A stretch of 64,000 nt of DNA from contig JBGAKX010000005.1 in assembly GCA_044224215.1 (NCBI GenBank), positions 7,350 through 71,349 on the forward strand. Direction: 5' to 3'. This stretch comes from Blastocatellia bacterium. GTDB taxonomy: Bacteria > Acidobacteriota > Blastocatellia > UBA7656 > JADIYM01. The first letter of the stretch is position 1. The number at the start of each line of letters is the position of its first letter. The notes below the pieces were generated by a model. That model was given only the letters and a program-made list of their open reading frames with translations, searched no databases and was not told where the DNA came from. The translations under genes and the position numbers were made by a program. This document shows, in pieces, positions 44,150 to 53,584 of the stretch.

Positions 44150-46018
44150 ATGAACACCAGTCGTCTTCGTGTTCGCGTCGGCACGATGTCCGGACGCGTC
44201 GCGCTTGCCGCAATCGCGGTTTCCCTGCTCACCTTCAATTTTGTGCCTGCCAGCGCGCAAGGCGGGGGCTCGCGGCCCGTCGCGCACGATCGCAGCGCCC
44301 GCATCATCGAGGGGAAGGAACGCTCGATAAAGCTCAAGGGCAAGGCGTCCGAGGGCGGCAACAAGGCGCTCGTGTACACGATCTCGTCGTTCCCGCAGCA
44401 CGGAACGCTCACCGAGATGGATACGCAGAAGGGCAAGGTCACCTACACGCCCGACAGCGGCTTTTCGGGTGAGGACGCGTTTGCGTTCACCGTGAACGAC
44501 GGAACGGCCGAAAGCGATCCAGGCAATGTCCGCCTGATGGTCTACAAGCGTGGCGAAGCGCCGACCGGTCCGTCGCTGACGGCCGACGAGGTCCGAACGA
44601 TCGTGCAGGTCGCGGCGACTTCGATCAACGATTCGACAGCGGTCGTCGCCGTCATCGACCGCGCGGGACGCGTGCTTGCTGTCTACAAGCGCTCGGGCGC
44701 CAACAAGAACGACGTCGAGCGCGCGCTTGCGCTCGCACGGACGGGAGCGTTCTTCAGTAACAACGCGGCGCCGCTGTCGTCGCGTACAGTCCGCACGCTT
44801 GGCGGTGTTCACTTCCCGCCGGGCATTCGCGATGCCGGGCCGTCGGATCTTTATTCCATCGAGACGACGAACCGCGGATGTCCGTTCAACGTAACCTACA
44901 ACCCTGGCAAGGACTATCCTGTCTACACAAACCTTGATGGCACGGGTCCCGGCCTTGGTATCGGGACTGGAAAGCCGGACTTCTATGATGACGCCGGCAA
45001 GGTCGTCGATCCTGGCGGTTTCCCCATCTACAAGAACAATCAGGTTGCGGGCGGCATCGGTGTGACCGTTGCGTTTCCGTATAACCTCGGCACGCAGGGT
45101 GTCACGCAGGCGACGACGGCGGCCGAGTACGCTTCGTTCCAGGCGTCTCTCGCGCTCGGCGGGCCCGCTCTTCCACTACCTCCCCCGAACCGCGTCTACC
45201 TTGGCGGCATCGAGCTTCCGTTCTCACCGTTCCTGGACCAGATCGATCGCGGAATCCCAACACCTACTCCAACGGGTGCTGGTCCTGGCGTTGGATCGTT
45301 CGACCCGAACCGGTTCATCTTTGGCCCCGTTGCGGGCGGATTCGCACCCGACGGCTGGCTTGTAGGCCCGCTCTCGGGACGCCGGTTGACAGCTGCACAG
45401 GTCAACAACATCGTGATGAACTGCTTCAACGAGGCAAAGATCACTCGCGCAGCGATTCGTCTTCCGCTTGGTTCACCAGCGTCGATGGTTTTCGCCGTCG
45501 GAGATATTGACGGAACGCTTCTTGGTGTGTTCCGGATGCCTGATTCGACGATCTTCTCCATTGATGTTGCCATTGCAAAATCTCGAAACGTCGTCTGGTT
45601 CAGCACAGACGGGTACGTTGACCTACCTGGCATCCCTCCGGGAACTGCGGTGACAAACAACACGCTCTATGCCGGCGGTCAGCCGTTCTTCCCGATCGGC
45701 ATCAACAACAGCCAGCCAGGGCCGTTCTTTGACACGTTCCTGCGTGATGCTGCGAACCCTTGTACTCAGGGCTCTCAGCGCCGCAATCCCAACCAGAGTG
45801 GCATCGTGTGGTTCCCCGGTTCGGCGCCGCTGTTTTCTGGAAACACGATCGTCGGCGGACTGGGCGTGTCTGGTGACGGCGTCACGCAGGACGACGTGGT
45901 CACGTCCGCAGGTACGACAGGGTACGAAGCGCCTCTCGCGATTCGGGCGGACCAGGTGATCATCCGCGGCGTCCGGATGCCGTACATGAAGTTTAACCGG
46001 AATCCCCACGTTCCGTAG
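44150..46018 (+). CDS. Secreted protein: signal peptide, bacterial Ig/cadherin-like domain, two GlcG/HbpS-like (DUF336, heme-binding/degrading family) domains with large insertions
   Basis: Signal peptide (RVALAAIAVSLLTFNFVPASAQG). Ig-like segment (VYTISSFPQHGTLTEMD...YTPDSGFSGEDAFAFTVNDG). DUF336 hallmarks: TADEVRTIVQVAAT...AVVAVIDRAGRVLAVY, the GGFPI/GGQPFFPI motif, and the terminal GGLGVSGDGVTQDDVV signature. Confidence 0.6.
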   Translation: MNTSRLRVRVGTMSGRVALAAIAVSLLTFNFVPASAQGGGSRPVAHDRSARIIEGKERSIKLKGKASEGGNKALVYTISSFPQHGTLTEMDTQKGKVTYTPDSGFSGEDAFAFTVNDGTAESDPGNVRLMVYKRGEAPTGPSLTADEVRTIVQVAATSINDSTAVVAVIDRAGRVLAVYKRSGANKNDVERALALARTGAFFSNNAAPLSSRTVRTLGGVHFPPGIRDAGPSDLYSIETTNRGCPFNVTYNPGKDYPVYTNLDGTGPGLGIGTGKPDFYDDAGKVVDPGGFPIYKNNQVAGGIGVTVAFPYNLGTQGVTQATTAAEYASFQASLALGGPALPLPPPNRVYLGGIELPFSPFLDQIDRGIPTPTPTGAGPGVGSFDPNRFIFGPVAGGFAPDGWLVGPLSGRRLTAAQVNNIVMNCFNEAKITRAAIRLPLGSPASMVFAVGDIDGTLLGVFRMPDSTIFSIDVAIAKSRNVVWFSTDGYVDLPGIPPGTAVTNNTLYAGGQPFFPIGINNSQPGPFFDTFLRDAANPCTQGSQRRNPNQSGIVWFPGSAPLFSGNTIVGGLGVSGDGVTQDDVVTSAGTTGYEAPLAIRADQVIIRGVRMPYMKFNRNPHVP

Positions 46019-46028
46019 GCCAACTGCC

Positions 46029-48503
46029 ATGCGCCACGCTCATTCGCGGCCAGTTCTCAGCACCCGCCTGCTCGTCGTCATAGGATTGGTGCTCGTTGGC
46101 GGTGGATTCGCGGTCGTCGGTCTCTCCCAGGGCCGAGGTCCCGCAGCCGCTGCGACCGGGCCGCAGAAGGGCCCCGGCACCGGGTTCCTTCACAAAGATC
46201 ATTCGGGAATGGTGGCAATTCCGGGCCAGGCGGGGAAGACCCGCGAGCTGAAATGCGAGACGTGCCACGCGGTCTCCGTGGAGGCTCCGGATACAAACCG
46301 CTTCCCGGGTCCGGATCTCGAGAAGTACCCCGAGACGGCGAAGCTGGCCGCCACCGGCACCAAGCTGAACGGTCTTGGATTTCCCAAGTCGCACTCTGCG
46401 TGCGTCGAGTGTCACAAGGAGATCGCTCCCGGTCCTGGCGGCAAGTACTGCGGCCTTTGTCATGACACGCTGCAGAAGCTGCGCGTATTCCCGAAGGCGA
46501 ACGTCCAGCTGTCGCAGTTCGCCGACCGCTACTCGCACAAGGCCCACAAGGACTACTACGACAACAATCCCGACACCTTCAAGACCGCCGCGGTTTCAAG
46601 GCCCGCTGCGTCGCACGGCATTTTCGGGTCCGCGACCACGTTCGGTACGGCGGACATCCTGCGTGTCTCGTACGTCGCGCCGCCGGCTGAAAAGGGGCTT
46701 CGGTGCTCGACGTGCCACATCCCGGCGACGGGCGGCGTGAAGATGCAGCTGCCGCTGCATGCGAACTGCTTTGAATGCCACGCGAACGAAAAGATTGTCT
46801 CCAAGAAGGCCGACACCTATGCGATGAACTGCGTCGGCTGCCACGCCAACATGGCCTTGAACGATCCGACGGTCGACGAGAAGCTCAAGCCGGTCAAGGA
46901 CGCACTGAACGCGATCGCTCCGGTCATCGATCCGTTCCGTGTCGTCATCACGCCGTCCGGCGCGGGACACGCGCAGTTCAACCACGTCGGCGGCGCCGCG
47001 AAGTACCACGAGGTCCTCAAACCGGATGCCGGCAAGAGCGCCGGGAAGACCATCGAAGGCAAGATGGCCTGCCTGTTCTGCCACACATCGGTGGAGAAGG
47101 CCGCAACGCGCGCCCAGGTCATGGCGTTCGCGGTCAAGAAGACCGATCCTCAGCTCGTCCAGCCGCCGGCGTCCGCATGCGTGGTGTGCCACGTCCACGC
47201 GGTGCAGATGGTCGTTCCCGACAAGCCGTCCAAGACGGGCCGCGCGGGATGCACGGTCTGTCATACGGCGGCCGATGCCGCCAAGCCGGCTCCCGCAACA
47301 CACAGTCTGGGCGAGGCAGCTCCTGCGGCGACGCCGGCAAAGCCCGAGGCGACGCCTCCCGCGGCAAAGCCCGAACCGGCCAAGCCCACAACCGCGCCGG
47401 CGGCGAAACCCGAGCCTGCAAAGCCGGCGGCTCCGAAGCCCGAGCCGACAAAACCTGCGACCGCGCCGGCCGCGAAGCCCGTGGAAACCCCGAAGGTTGA
47501 GACGCCCAAACCGGCCGCGACGCCTGCGCCGGCAAAGCCCGAGACGCCAAAGGTCGAGCCACCCAAGCCCGCACCGACAGAAGCTCCCAAGACGGCCCCG
47601 GCGCCCGAACCCAAGCCTGCAGAACCCGCGGCGCCCAAGCCTCAGGCTGCACCTGCAAGCGGCGGCACGGTCGACTACTCAAAGGGCTACCCGCCCACAG
47701 CGCCCGGCTCGTCGCACCTGAGCCTACCGAACCCGATGCTGCTTGGGGATCCCAAGACCAGCGACCAGTGGGGTCTTGACGGAACGTGGGGGATTTCGAA
47801 GCTCACACACCAGGATCACTCCGAGAAGTACAAGGTTTCGTGCGCCACGTGCCATCACACGAACGGTGCAGGTAACGCGGCGATCGGCGAGCAGGTGCAG
47901 CGTTGCGTGAGCTGCCACAAGGCCGAGGGCGACGAGAAGAACCCGTCCAGCAAGGACGGCGACGAACTCTGGGTGAAGAACGCATTCCACCTGGGTGAAA
48001 CCGGTTGCATCGAGTGTCACAAGCGCGAGTCGGCCAAGAACCCGAATTCGAAGGCTGCGACGACGTGCGCAGGATGCCACCAGCCGAAAGGCAGCGCTGA
48101 CGCGGACCGCGTGCTGAAGGGCCTGTTCCGCGACGCTACGACGGCCGTCGCGTTCAAGGTTCCCGGCTTTGCAGACACGTGGCCTCGCTGGCAGACGCGG
48201 CCTGCCGGATTCGGACTGCTCGGTGGCCAAAGCCTCGCAGGGTCGTTCGGCGGCGCGTCTGTTCGGGCGCTCGTTTGCGACGTTCCGGCGCGACTCTGGT
48301 ATGCACAGTTCGCCGGGTCCGGGTCGCATCGCTCGGCGCGTGTCGTTTCGCACGCGCGGTGGCAACGGCATGAACCCTCGCATGCCGCGCGTTCTCGATC
48401 GCCGCAGGTTCAACTCGCGCCCTCGTGGCGTGGCGAACTGCCCAGACTCGCACTGGCGATCGCGCTCGTGGACCGGAACGCCGGGCACGGCTACAGGATC
48501 TGA
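46029..48503 (+). CDS. Multiheme cytochrome c, 13 CxxCH motifs, with an internal Pro/Ala/Lys-rich linker and a C-terminal tetraheme module
   Basis: Signal peptide/TM helix (LLVVIGLVLVGGGFAVVGL). Thirteen CxxCH motifs were counted (CETCH, CVECH, CGLCH, CSTCH, CFECH, CVGCH, CLFCH, CVVCH, CTVCH, CATCH, CVSCH, CIECH, CAGCH). The start lies 11 nt after the upstream gene stop. The last ~135 codons are Arg-rich and atypical (see findings). Confidence 0.8.
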   Translation: MRHAHSRPVLSTRLLVVIGLVLVGGGFAVVGLSQGRGPAAAATGPQKGPGTGFLHKDHSGMVAIPGQAGKTRELKCETCHAVSVEAPDTNRFPGPDLEKYPETAKLAATGTKLNGLGFPKSHSACVECHKEIAPGPGGKYCGLCHDTLQKLRVFPKANVQLSQFADRYSHKAHKDYYDNNPDTFKTAAVSRPAASHGIFGSATTFGTADILRVSYVAPPAEKGLRCSTCHIPATGGVKMQLPLHANCFECHANEKIVSKKADTYAMNCVGCHANMALNDPTVDEKLKPVKDALNAIAPVIDPFRVVITPSGAGHAQFNHVGGAAKYHEVLKPDAGKSAGKTIEGKMACLFCHTSVEKAATRAQVMAFAVKKTDPQLVQPPASACVVCHVHAVQMVVPDKPSKTGRAGCTVCHTAADAAKPAPATHSLGEAAPAATPAKPEATPPAAKPEPAKPTTAPAAKPEPAKPAAPKPEPTKPATAPAAKPVETPKVETPKPAATPAPAKPETPKVEPPKPAPTEAPKTAPAPEPKPAEPAAPKPQAAPASGGTVDYSKGYPPTAPGSSHLSLPNPMLLGDPKTSDQWGLDGTWGISKLTHQDHSEKYKVSCATCHHTNGAGNAAIGEQVQRCVSCHKAEGDEKNPSSKDGDELWVKNAFHLGETGCIECHKRESAKNPNSKAATTCAGCHQPKGSADADRVLKGLFRDATTAVAFKVPGFADTWPRWQTRPAGFGLLGGQSLAGSFGGASVRALVCDVPARLWYAQFAGSGSHRSARVVSHARWQRHEPSHAARSRSPQVQLAPSWRGELPRLALAIALVDRNAGHGYRI
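47272..47660 (+). repeat. Low-complexity tandem AKPEP/TPKVE-type repeats (Pro/Ala/Lys/Glu-rich linker) inside the 13-heme cytochrome gene
   Basis: Visible degenerate nucleotide repeats (aagcccgagcc..., gcgccggc...) encoding AAKPEPAKPTTAPAAKPEPAKPAAPKPEPTKP... Confidence 0.6.
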
Positions 48504-48662
48504 TGGGCGGCGGCCTGCACCTGGCGTTCGCCTTGTTTTCATCGAGTCGCTTCGAATTGGATTGAATCTCACGCAGGCAACTGGTTCAGGACGTGCCGGC
48601 GTTCCGCAAGTCGCGAGGTTGGCGACGAGTCCGGAGAGCCGTGTCCTCGACACACTCAGACC

Positions 48663-49523
48663 ATGAAAAGAACGATCCCTCTTCTTGCCCTCGTCGCGGC
48701 ACTCTCGGTCACCGCGTGGCTTTCCGACCGGACGAGCGCCCAGGATACGGCGTACAACTATGGGTCGTTCGATCACAAGGAGCACGACGCCGCACTCGAC
48801 AAATCCGCGCAGGAGCGCATCGCGTGCGACGTCTGCCATCGGCGCGACGACGCGAGCTCGCAGCTCTACTTTCCGGGCCACAATGCGTGCATTCAGTGTC
48901 ACGCGACGCAGTTCACGTCCCAGTCGCTCCAGATCTGCGCCGTCTGCCACAAGGACGTCGCGACGCAGGGGCGCGCGCTGAAGGACTTTCCCGCGCAGCG
49001 CAAGGACTACGGCGTCAGGTTCGACGGCGCGGGCAACAAGAGCCAGCACGTCGTCCACATGAAGGAAGCGCTCCCGGACGGCACCAAGATGTCGTGCTCC
49101 TTCTGCCATGCGGCGCAGGGCTCGAATATGGCATTCCCCTCGCACCCCGAGTGCTACGCGTGCCACACGCCAGGTGCGAATTCGAAGGCGGCGTCGCAGG
49201 AATTGAGCACGTGCTCGGTCTGCCACCCCGGCGCTACCGAGCCCAACTCCGAGATGCGACGTCTTGTCAGCACCCGACGCAATGACGCGCTGCCCTACCG
49301 GTTCCGGCATCTCGACCATAACCGGTCCGGCCGGATCGGCAACGATTGCGCCAAGTGCCACAACGACGCGGCCGGAATTCACGTGGCGTCCACCGCAACG
49401 CGCGAGCATCGGGTCAAACCGGGGTTCAACTGCTACGAGTGCCACCGAGGCGGGGGTCTGTCGCGGATCACTGAGACATCGTGCGGAAGCTGTCACGGCG
49501 TCGTCGTGTTCCCGCCGCTGTAG
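48663..49523 (+). CDS. Multiheme cytochrome c, 9 CxxCH motifs, periplasmic
   Basis: Signal peptide MKRTIPLLALVAALSVTAWLS. Nine CxxCH motifs (CDVCH, CIQCH, CAVCH, CSFCH, CYACH, CSVCH, CAKCH, CYECH, CGSCH). Confidence 0.8.
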   Translation: MKRTIPLLALVAALSVTAWLSDRTSAQDTAYNYGSFDHKEHDAALDKSAQERIACDVCHRRDDASSQLYFPGHNACIQCHATQFTSQSLQICAVCHKDVATQGRALKDFPAQRKDYGVRFDGAGNKSQHVVHMKEALPDGTKMSCSFCHAAQGSNMAFPSHPECYACHTPGANSKAASQELSTCSVCHPGATEPNSEMRRLVSTRRNDALPYRFRHLDHNRSGRIGNDCAKCHNDAAGIHVASTATREHRVKPGFNCYECHRGGGLSRITETSCGSCHGVVVFPPL

Positions 49524-49754
49524 ATTCATCCGTCCTCGAGCGCGCCGCGACAATCCTGCAGGAACAGGGCGTTGACATAACAGGGTCACGCACTTAGGAT
49601 TGTTGTCCTGCCGTGCGTCGAGCACGTGCACTCGGGACCTTAGCGAGATCCGACGTTGAAGCACCCAGGGAAGGCCGGCCACGAATGCGCTTCGGCGCCC
49701 GGTGTGAGCCGCACCCGTTTCTTGGAACACATTGAAGCCGGAGACCACACTTTC

Positions 49755-50291
49755 ATGAGATATGCCAAGGCCGTTCTCTGCATCTGCGCGCTGGCAGTAT
49801 TTGGCGCGCTGTCATTCCACGTTGCGACCTCGTCCGCTGCCTCCGTTGATCCGACCCAGGCTGCGGTTGACTACTCGAAGGGCTACCCTGTGGAAGCTCC
49901 GGGTGCGTCGCACATGAGCCTTCCGAACCCCATGCTGCTCGGCGACCCCAAGACGAGCGACCAGTGGGGCCTCGATGACACGTGGGGAATCGCGAAATTC
50001 ACGCACCAGGACCACACCGAGAAATACAAGGTGTCGTGCCATACGTGCCACCATACAAACGGCAAGGACAATGCCGCCCTGACCGAGAACGTCGACCGTT
50101 GCGTGAAGTGCCACATGGCCGAGGGCAACGAGAAGAACCCGACGAACGCGGCCGGCGACGAACTCGACATCAAGAACGCATTTCACATCGGTGAGACGGG
50201 CTGTATCGAGTGCCACAAGCGCGAATCAGAGAAGAATCCGAACTCGAAGGCCGCCGCGACATGCGCCGGCTGCCACGAGAAGAAGGGCTAA
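49755..50291 (+). CDS. Tetraheme cytochrome c (cytochrome c3/c7-like), paralogous to the C-terminal module of the 13-heme protein
   Basis: Start ATG at 49755 (MRYAKAVLCICALAVFGALSFHVATSSAAS signal peptide). Four CxxCH motifs. About 80 % identical over ~140 aa to residues encoded at 47671-48097. Confidence 0.8.
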   Translation: MRYAKAVLCICALAVFGALSFHVATSSAASVDPTQAAVDYSKGYPVEAPGASHMSLPNPMLLGDPKTSDQWGLDDTWGIAKFTHQDHTEKYKVSCHTCHHTNGKDNAALTENVDRCVKCHMAEGNEKNPTNAAGDELDIKNAFHIGETGCIECHKRESEKNPNSKAAATCAGCHEKKG

Positions 50292-50298
50292 CGCCATC

Positions 50299-50328
50299 AC
50301 ACGGGCCGTCCCCCAGGACGGCCCGTGT
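50299..50328 (+). terminator. Perfect 13-bp stem / 4-nt loop hairpin immediately after the tetraheme cytochrome gene
   Basis: ACACGGGCCGTCC-ccca-GGACGGCCCGTGT, 8 nt after the TAA stop. Seen directly. Confidence 0.55.
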
Positions 50329-50373
50329 CTCATCCCAGGGCGCCCCCGCGGCAACTGTTTGAATCGAAGCACC

Positions 50374-51927
50374 ATGTCGACACCACAGAATCCGGAAGTC
50401 GGACTCCCAGCCGATAGCCTACCCACCCAGGCGAAACAGACCTCAGGCACAAACTTCCTCGATCGCGTGCTCAAGCAGCTCAGCTCGGTTCGGTTTGGCG
50501 TATCGCTGCTGATCCTGATGATCATCCTCAGTATGACCGGGATGCTGATCATGCAGATCAACGTCGAGGGATTTGACAAGTACTACGCGACGCTCACCCC
50601 GTCGCAGCAATGGCTCTACACGGATCCGATTCTGCGAGCGATCCGCAACGTGACCGGATGGCGGCTCCAGGGATGGAACATCCTGTCGCTCGTCGACATC
50701 TACAAGTCGTACGTATTCATCACGCTGCTCGCCATTCTGACGCTGAACGTCATCCTCGCGTCGATAGACCACTTTCCAGGTGCGTGGCGTTACATCACCC
50801 GAAAGAAGCTCACGGCCTCGAAGCCGTATGTGCTTCACCAGACCTACAACGCGACGGTCGAGAGCGACGGAAGCGACGCCGAGGCGGCGCAGATTGCCGC
50901 CCTCTGTCGTCACCTTGGCTACACGCCGACGATCACGCGCGAGGCGTCGCGCACGACGGTCTTTGCAGAGCGCGGAGCGTGGAACCGGCTCGGTGCGTAC
51001 TTTGTCCACGTCGGCCTTCTCGTCATCTTCACTGCGGGATTTCTGACGTGGCGGTCGTCGCACACCGGCAGCATGACGCTCACGCCCGGCGCCGAGGCGA
51101 CGACGATTCAGGGCTTGCTGTACGACCTGGACCGCGTTCAGGTCGGCGAGTTCGCGCTTCCCTTCACCGTCGAATGCACCGACATCCAGCAGACGCTGAT
51201 CCGTCCGGACGGGTCGCTGGACGCGAGCAACACGGTCGACTGGTTCACGCGCATACGCATCGCGGACCCCGCAACGGGCAAGAACCTCGATGCCGACGTG
51301 CACATGAACAAGCCCGTCGACTATCGCGGCTACCGTTTCTTCCAGTCCAGTTATCAGAACGTTGCAAAGGCCCGGACGGTGACGCTGCAGATCGACCGGC
51401 CGAACGCGCAGCCTGAACTGGTCGAGTTGCGGGTGAACCAGCCGACGACGCTGTCCGACGGCCGTACGATCGTCTTTGCCAACTTCACCGGCAACGAGAC
51501 CGACGCAAACAACGCGACCGACTATGACAAGCCCGCCGCCGCGCTGCAGGTCGTCGGCGGAGCCGGGGGGCCGCCGCAGTCGTTCGTCGTTCGCGCGGCC
51601 GGAGCGCCTGTTGATTCGACGGGCGTCACTGCGCTCGGCGGTGCGACGGCCACGCTTGTGAGCTTTGAAAAGGTCGGAGCGAGCCACACGCTCTCGGTTC
51701 AGTACGACCCTGGTGCATGGGTTTTTTACATCGGCTCCGTTATTCTTGTGGCCGCATTGATGTCCGTGTTCTTCGCCTCGCACCGTCGAATCTGGTTTGT
51801 GCTTGAGAAGGACAAGGACGGAGCGCACAAGATCTATGTCGGCGGGCATGCCAACCGAAACCGCCCGGCGTTTGAGCGGCAGTTCAAGGACTTGGTAGCG
51901 GCGCTCGCGCCTACCGCGCCAGCGTGA
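50374..51927 (+). CDS. Cytochrome c biogenesis protein ResB/Ccs1 (system II, CcsB)
   Basis: N-terminal TM helix, large periplasmic domain, and C-terminal TM helices with the conserved His. ResB-like collinearity. Start ATG at 50374. The ORF-track start at 50191 overlaps the terminator. Confidence 0.75.
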   Translation: MSTPQNPEVGLPADSLPTQAKQTSGTNFLDRVLKQLSSVRFGVSLLILMIILSMTGMLIMQINVEGFDKYYATLTPSQQWLYTDPILRAIRNVTGWRLQGWNILSLVDIYKSYVFITLLAILTLNVILASIDHFPGAWRYITRKKLTASKPYVLHQTYNATVESDGSDAEAAQIAALCRHLGYTPTITREASRTTVFAERGAWNRLGAYFVHVGLLVIFTAGFLTWRSSHTGSMTLTPGAEATTIQGLLYDLDRVQVGEFALPFTVECTDIQQTLIRPDGSLDASNTVDWFTRIRIADPATGKNLDADVHMNKPVDYRGYRFFQSSYQNVAKARTVTLQIDRPNAQPELVELRVNQPTTLSDGRTIVFANFTGNETDANNATDYDKPAAALQVVGGAGGPPQSFVVRAAGAPVDSTGVTALGGATATLVSFEKVGASHTLSVQYDPGAWVFYIGSVILVAALMSVFFASHRRIWFVLEKDKDGAHKIYVGGHANRNRPAFERQFKDLVAALAPTAPA

Positions 51928-51937
51928 GGGAGACCGT

Positions 51938-53503
51938 ATGAGCACTATCAGTCGGATCGACGTTCACAACCTGCCATCGGGCAGCGAGCCGCTCTCGGCG
52001 CGCTTGACCGGCTGGCTGCCCGTCGCGATTCCCATCGCGCTGGCGGCGACCATCGTCTTCCTCCGGGTGCAGTTCGGCGAAACTCGCTTCCTGTATGACG
52101 GGACGCTGATTGTCCTCGCGCTCGTGTGCTTCCTGTTTGCGTCGGTGATCGGTCTCATCGAGATGTACGCGGACAAGTCGGTCCTCGGTCGATGGGGCCT
52201 CCTGATGGCATCGAGCGGCCTCATGTTCAACGCGGCCGCGTGGGGCACGCGTTGGGTCGCGGCCGGCGATCGCGAGGGCTGGATTCGATGGGTCTTCCGA
52301 TACGTGCCGTTTGCGAACCTCTATGACCTGTCGATCGCGTTTTCGATGGGCGCTGCACTGACGACCGTCATCATCTGTCGCAAGAAGGAGTCGCGCGTCG
52401 TCATGGGCGTGTCGATGTTGATGGCGGCGCTGATCGTCACGCTGGCGATCTTCCTCGGGCGCCAGTTCATCGATCTGCCGCCAGTGCTCGACAGCTACTG
52501 GCGGCCGATCCACGTCGGGATCGCGTCGACGAGCTACGGCGTCGTGCTCGTCTGCTTCAGCATTGCGGTGCTCTACCTGATCAAGGACGGGTTCAAGATC
52601 GAGGGGATGGGAGCGTTCGTCGCTATCCTCGGTCTCGGCATCTTTGGCACGATCAACCGCTTCTCGCTGATCACGAGCGGAACGTACGGCCTCAATGTCT
52701 TTTTTGGCGCGGGCGACGAGCGATCGACACTTCCGCTTCGCGCGACGGTACCGGTCGTTGGCCCGCTCATGGTCCTGGCAATGCTGCTGCTCGTCGGCGC
52801 GCTCGCGTGCTTCGCCGCCGACCTCTATCGAGGGGACGAGCGGCTCAAGAAGTACGGGTTCTGGGCGATGTGGGGCTCGGCTGCGGCGCAGCTTGGGTCG
52901 ATCGTGACGCTCTTCTACCAGATGAAGGCGATCAACGGCACGATCGCCTCGCGGATCGACCTGGCGTCGCAGGCTGGCTATCCCAAGGTTGCTGAATGGC
53001 TTACGGCCAACGGCATCCCGTTGACGACTGCCGGAGTGCAGCAGGCGAACAAGGTCTTCGAGATGAACAACGCGCAGCTCAGCGTGTCCGGAAATTCGAA
53101 CCCGGTCGAACTCGGCGCGCTGTTCACCCTGCTCGCCCTCACGGGGCTGGTTCTGATGTTCGGCTTCCGCACCGAGCGCGTCATCGAACGGCTGCCGTCG
53201 CTCGAGCGGCTCGACGAGCTCATGTACAAGACCGGCGCCGTTGCGTTTACCGGTCTCGCGATGCTGCTCATCACGGGAGCCGTCTGGGCGAACGAGTCGT
53301 GGGGACGGTACTGGGGCTGGGATTCCAAGGAGACGGGCGCGCTCGTGGCGTGGCTCGCGTACGCGGGCTTCCTGCACACGCGCATCGCTCACGGCTGGAG
53401 CGGACGACGCAGCGCGTACTTTGCCATCGTCGGATTCCTGCTCGTCATCTTCACGTATCTCGGCGTCAGCTACCTGCTGCCGGGCCTTCACTCCTACGCA
53501 TGA
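51938..53503 (+). CDS. ccsA: Cytochrome c-type biogenesis protein CcsA/ResC (heme exporter/lyase with WWD domain)
   Basis: Tryptophan-rich WWD motif (WGRYWGWDSKETGALVAWLAYA), flanking conserved His residues, and polytopic membrane topology. Confidence 0.85.
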   Translation: MSTISRIDVHNLPSGSEPLSARLTGWLPVAIPIALAATIVFLRVQFGETRFLYDGTLIVLALVCFLFASVIGLIEMYADKSVLGRWGLLMASSGLMFNAAAWGTRWVAAGDREGWIRWVFRYVPFANLYDLSIAFSMGAALTTVIICRKKESRVVMGVSMLMAALIVTLAIFLGRQFIDLPPVLDSYWRPIHVGIASTSYGVVLVCFSIAVLYLIKDGFKIEGMGAFVAILGLGIFGTINRFSLITSGTYGLNVFFGAGDERSTLPLRATVPVVGPLMVLAMLLLVGALACFAADLYRGDERLKKYGFWAMWGSAAAQLGSIVTLFYQMKAINGTIASRIDLASQAGYPKVAEWLTANGIPLTTAGVQQANKVFEMNNAQLSVSGNSNPVELGALFTLLALTGLVLMFGFRTERVIERLPSLERLDELMYKTGAVAFTGLAMLLITGAVWANESWGRYWGWDSKETGALVAWLAYAGFLHTRIAHGWSGRRSAYFAIVGFLLVIFTYLGVSYLLPGLHSYA

Positions 53504-53519
53504 CATTCCGTTGAGTCTC

Positions 53520-53550
53520 GGCGCGGTGTTCAACCCGTGAACGCCGCGCC
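53520..53550 (+). terminator. 13-bp stem (one G·U) / 5-nt loop hairpin after ccsA
   Basis: GGCGCGGTGTTCA-acccg-TGAACGCCGCGCC, seen directly. It overlaps the ORF-track start of the next gene, which argues for the downstream start at 53585. Confidence 0.5.
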
Positions 53551-53584
53551 GGGACTTCACCATCGTTTCCACGCCCACCTGATC

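Noticed and set aside
47724-49748. 674-aa minus-strand ORF across the cytochrome genes
   Set aside because: The sense strand encodes 13 + 9 CxxCH motifs with signal peptides. The antisense product is low-complexity.
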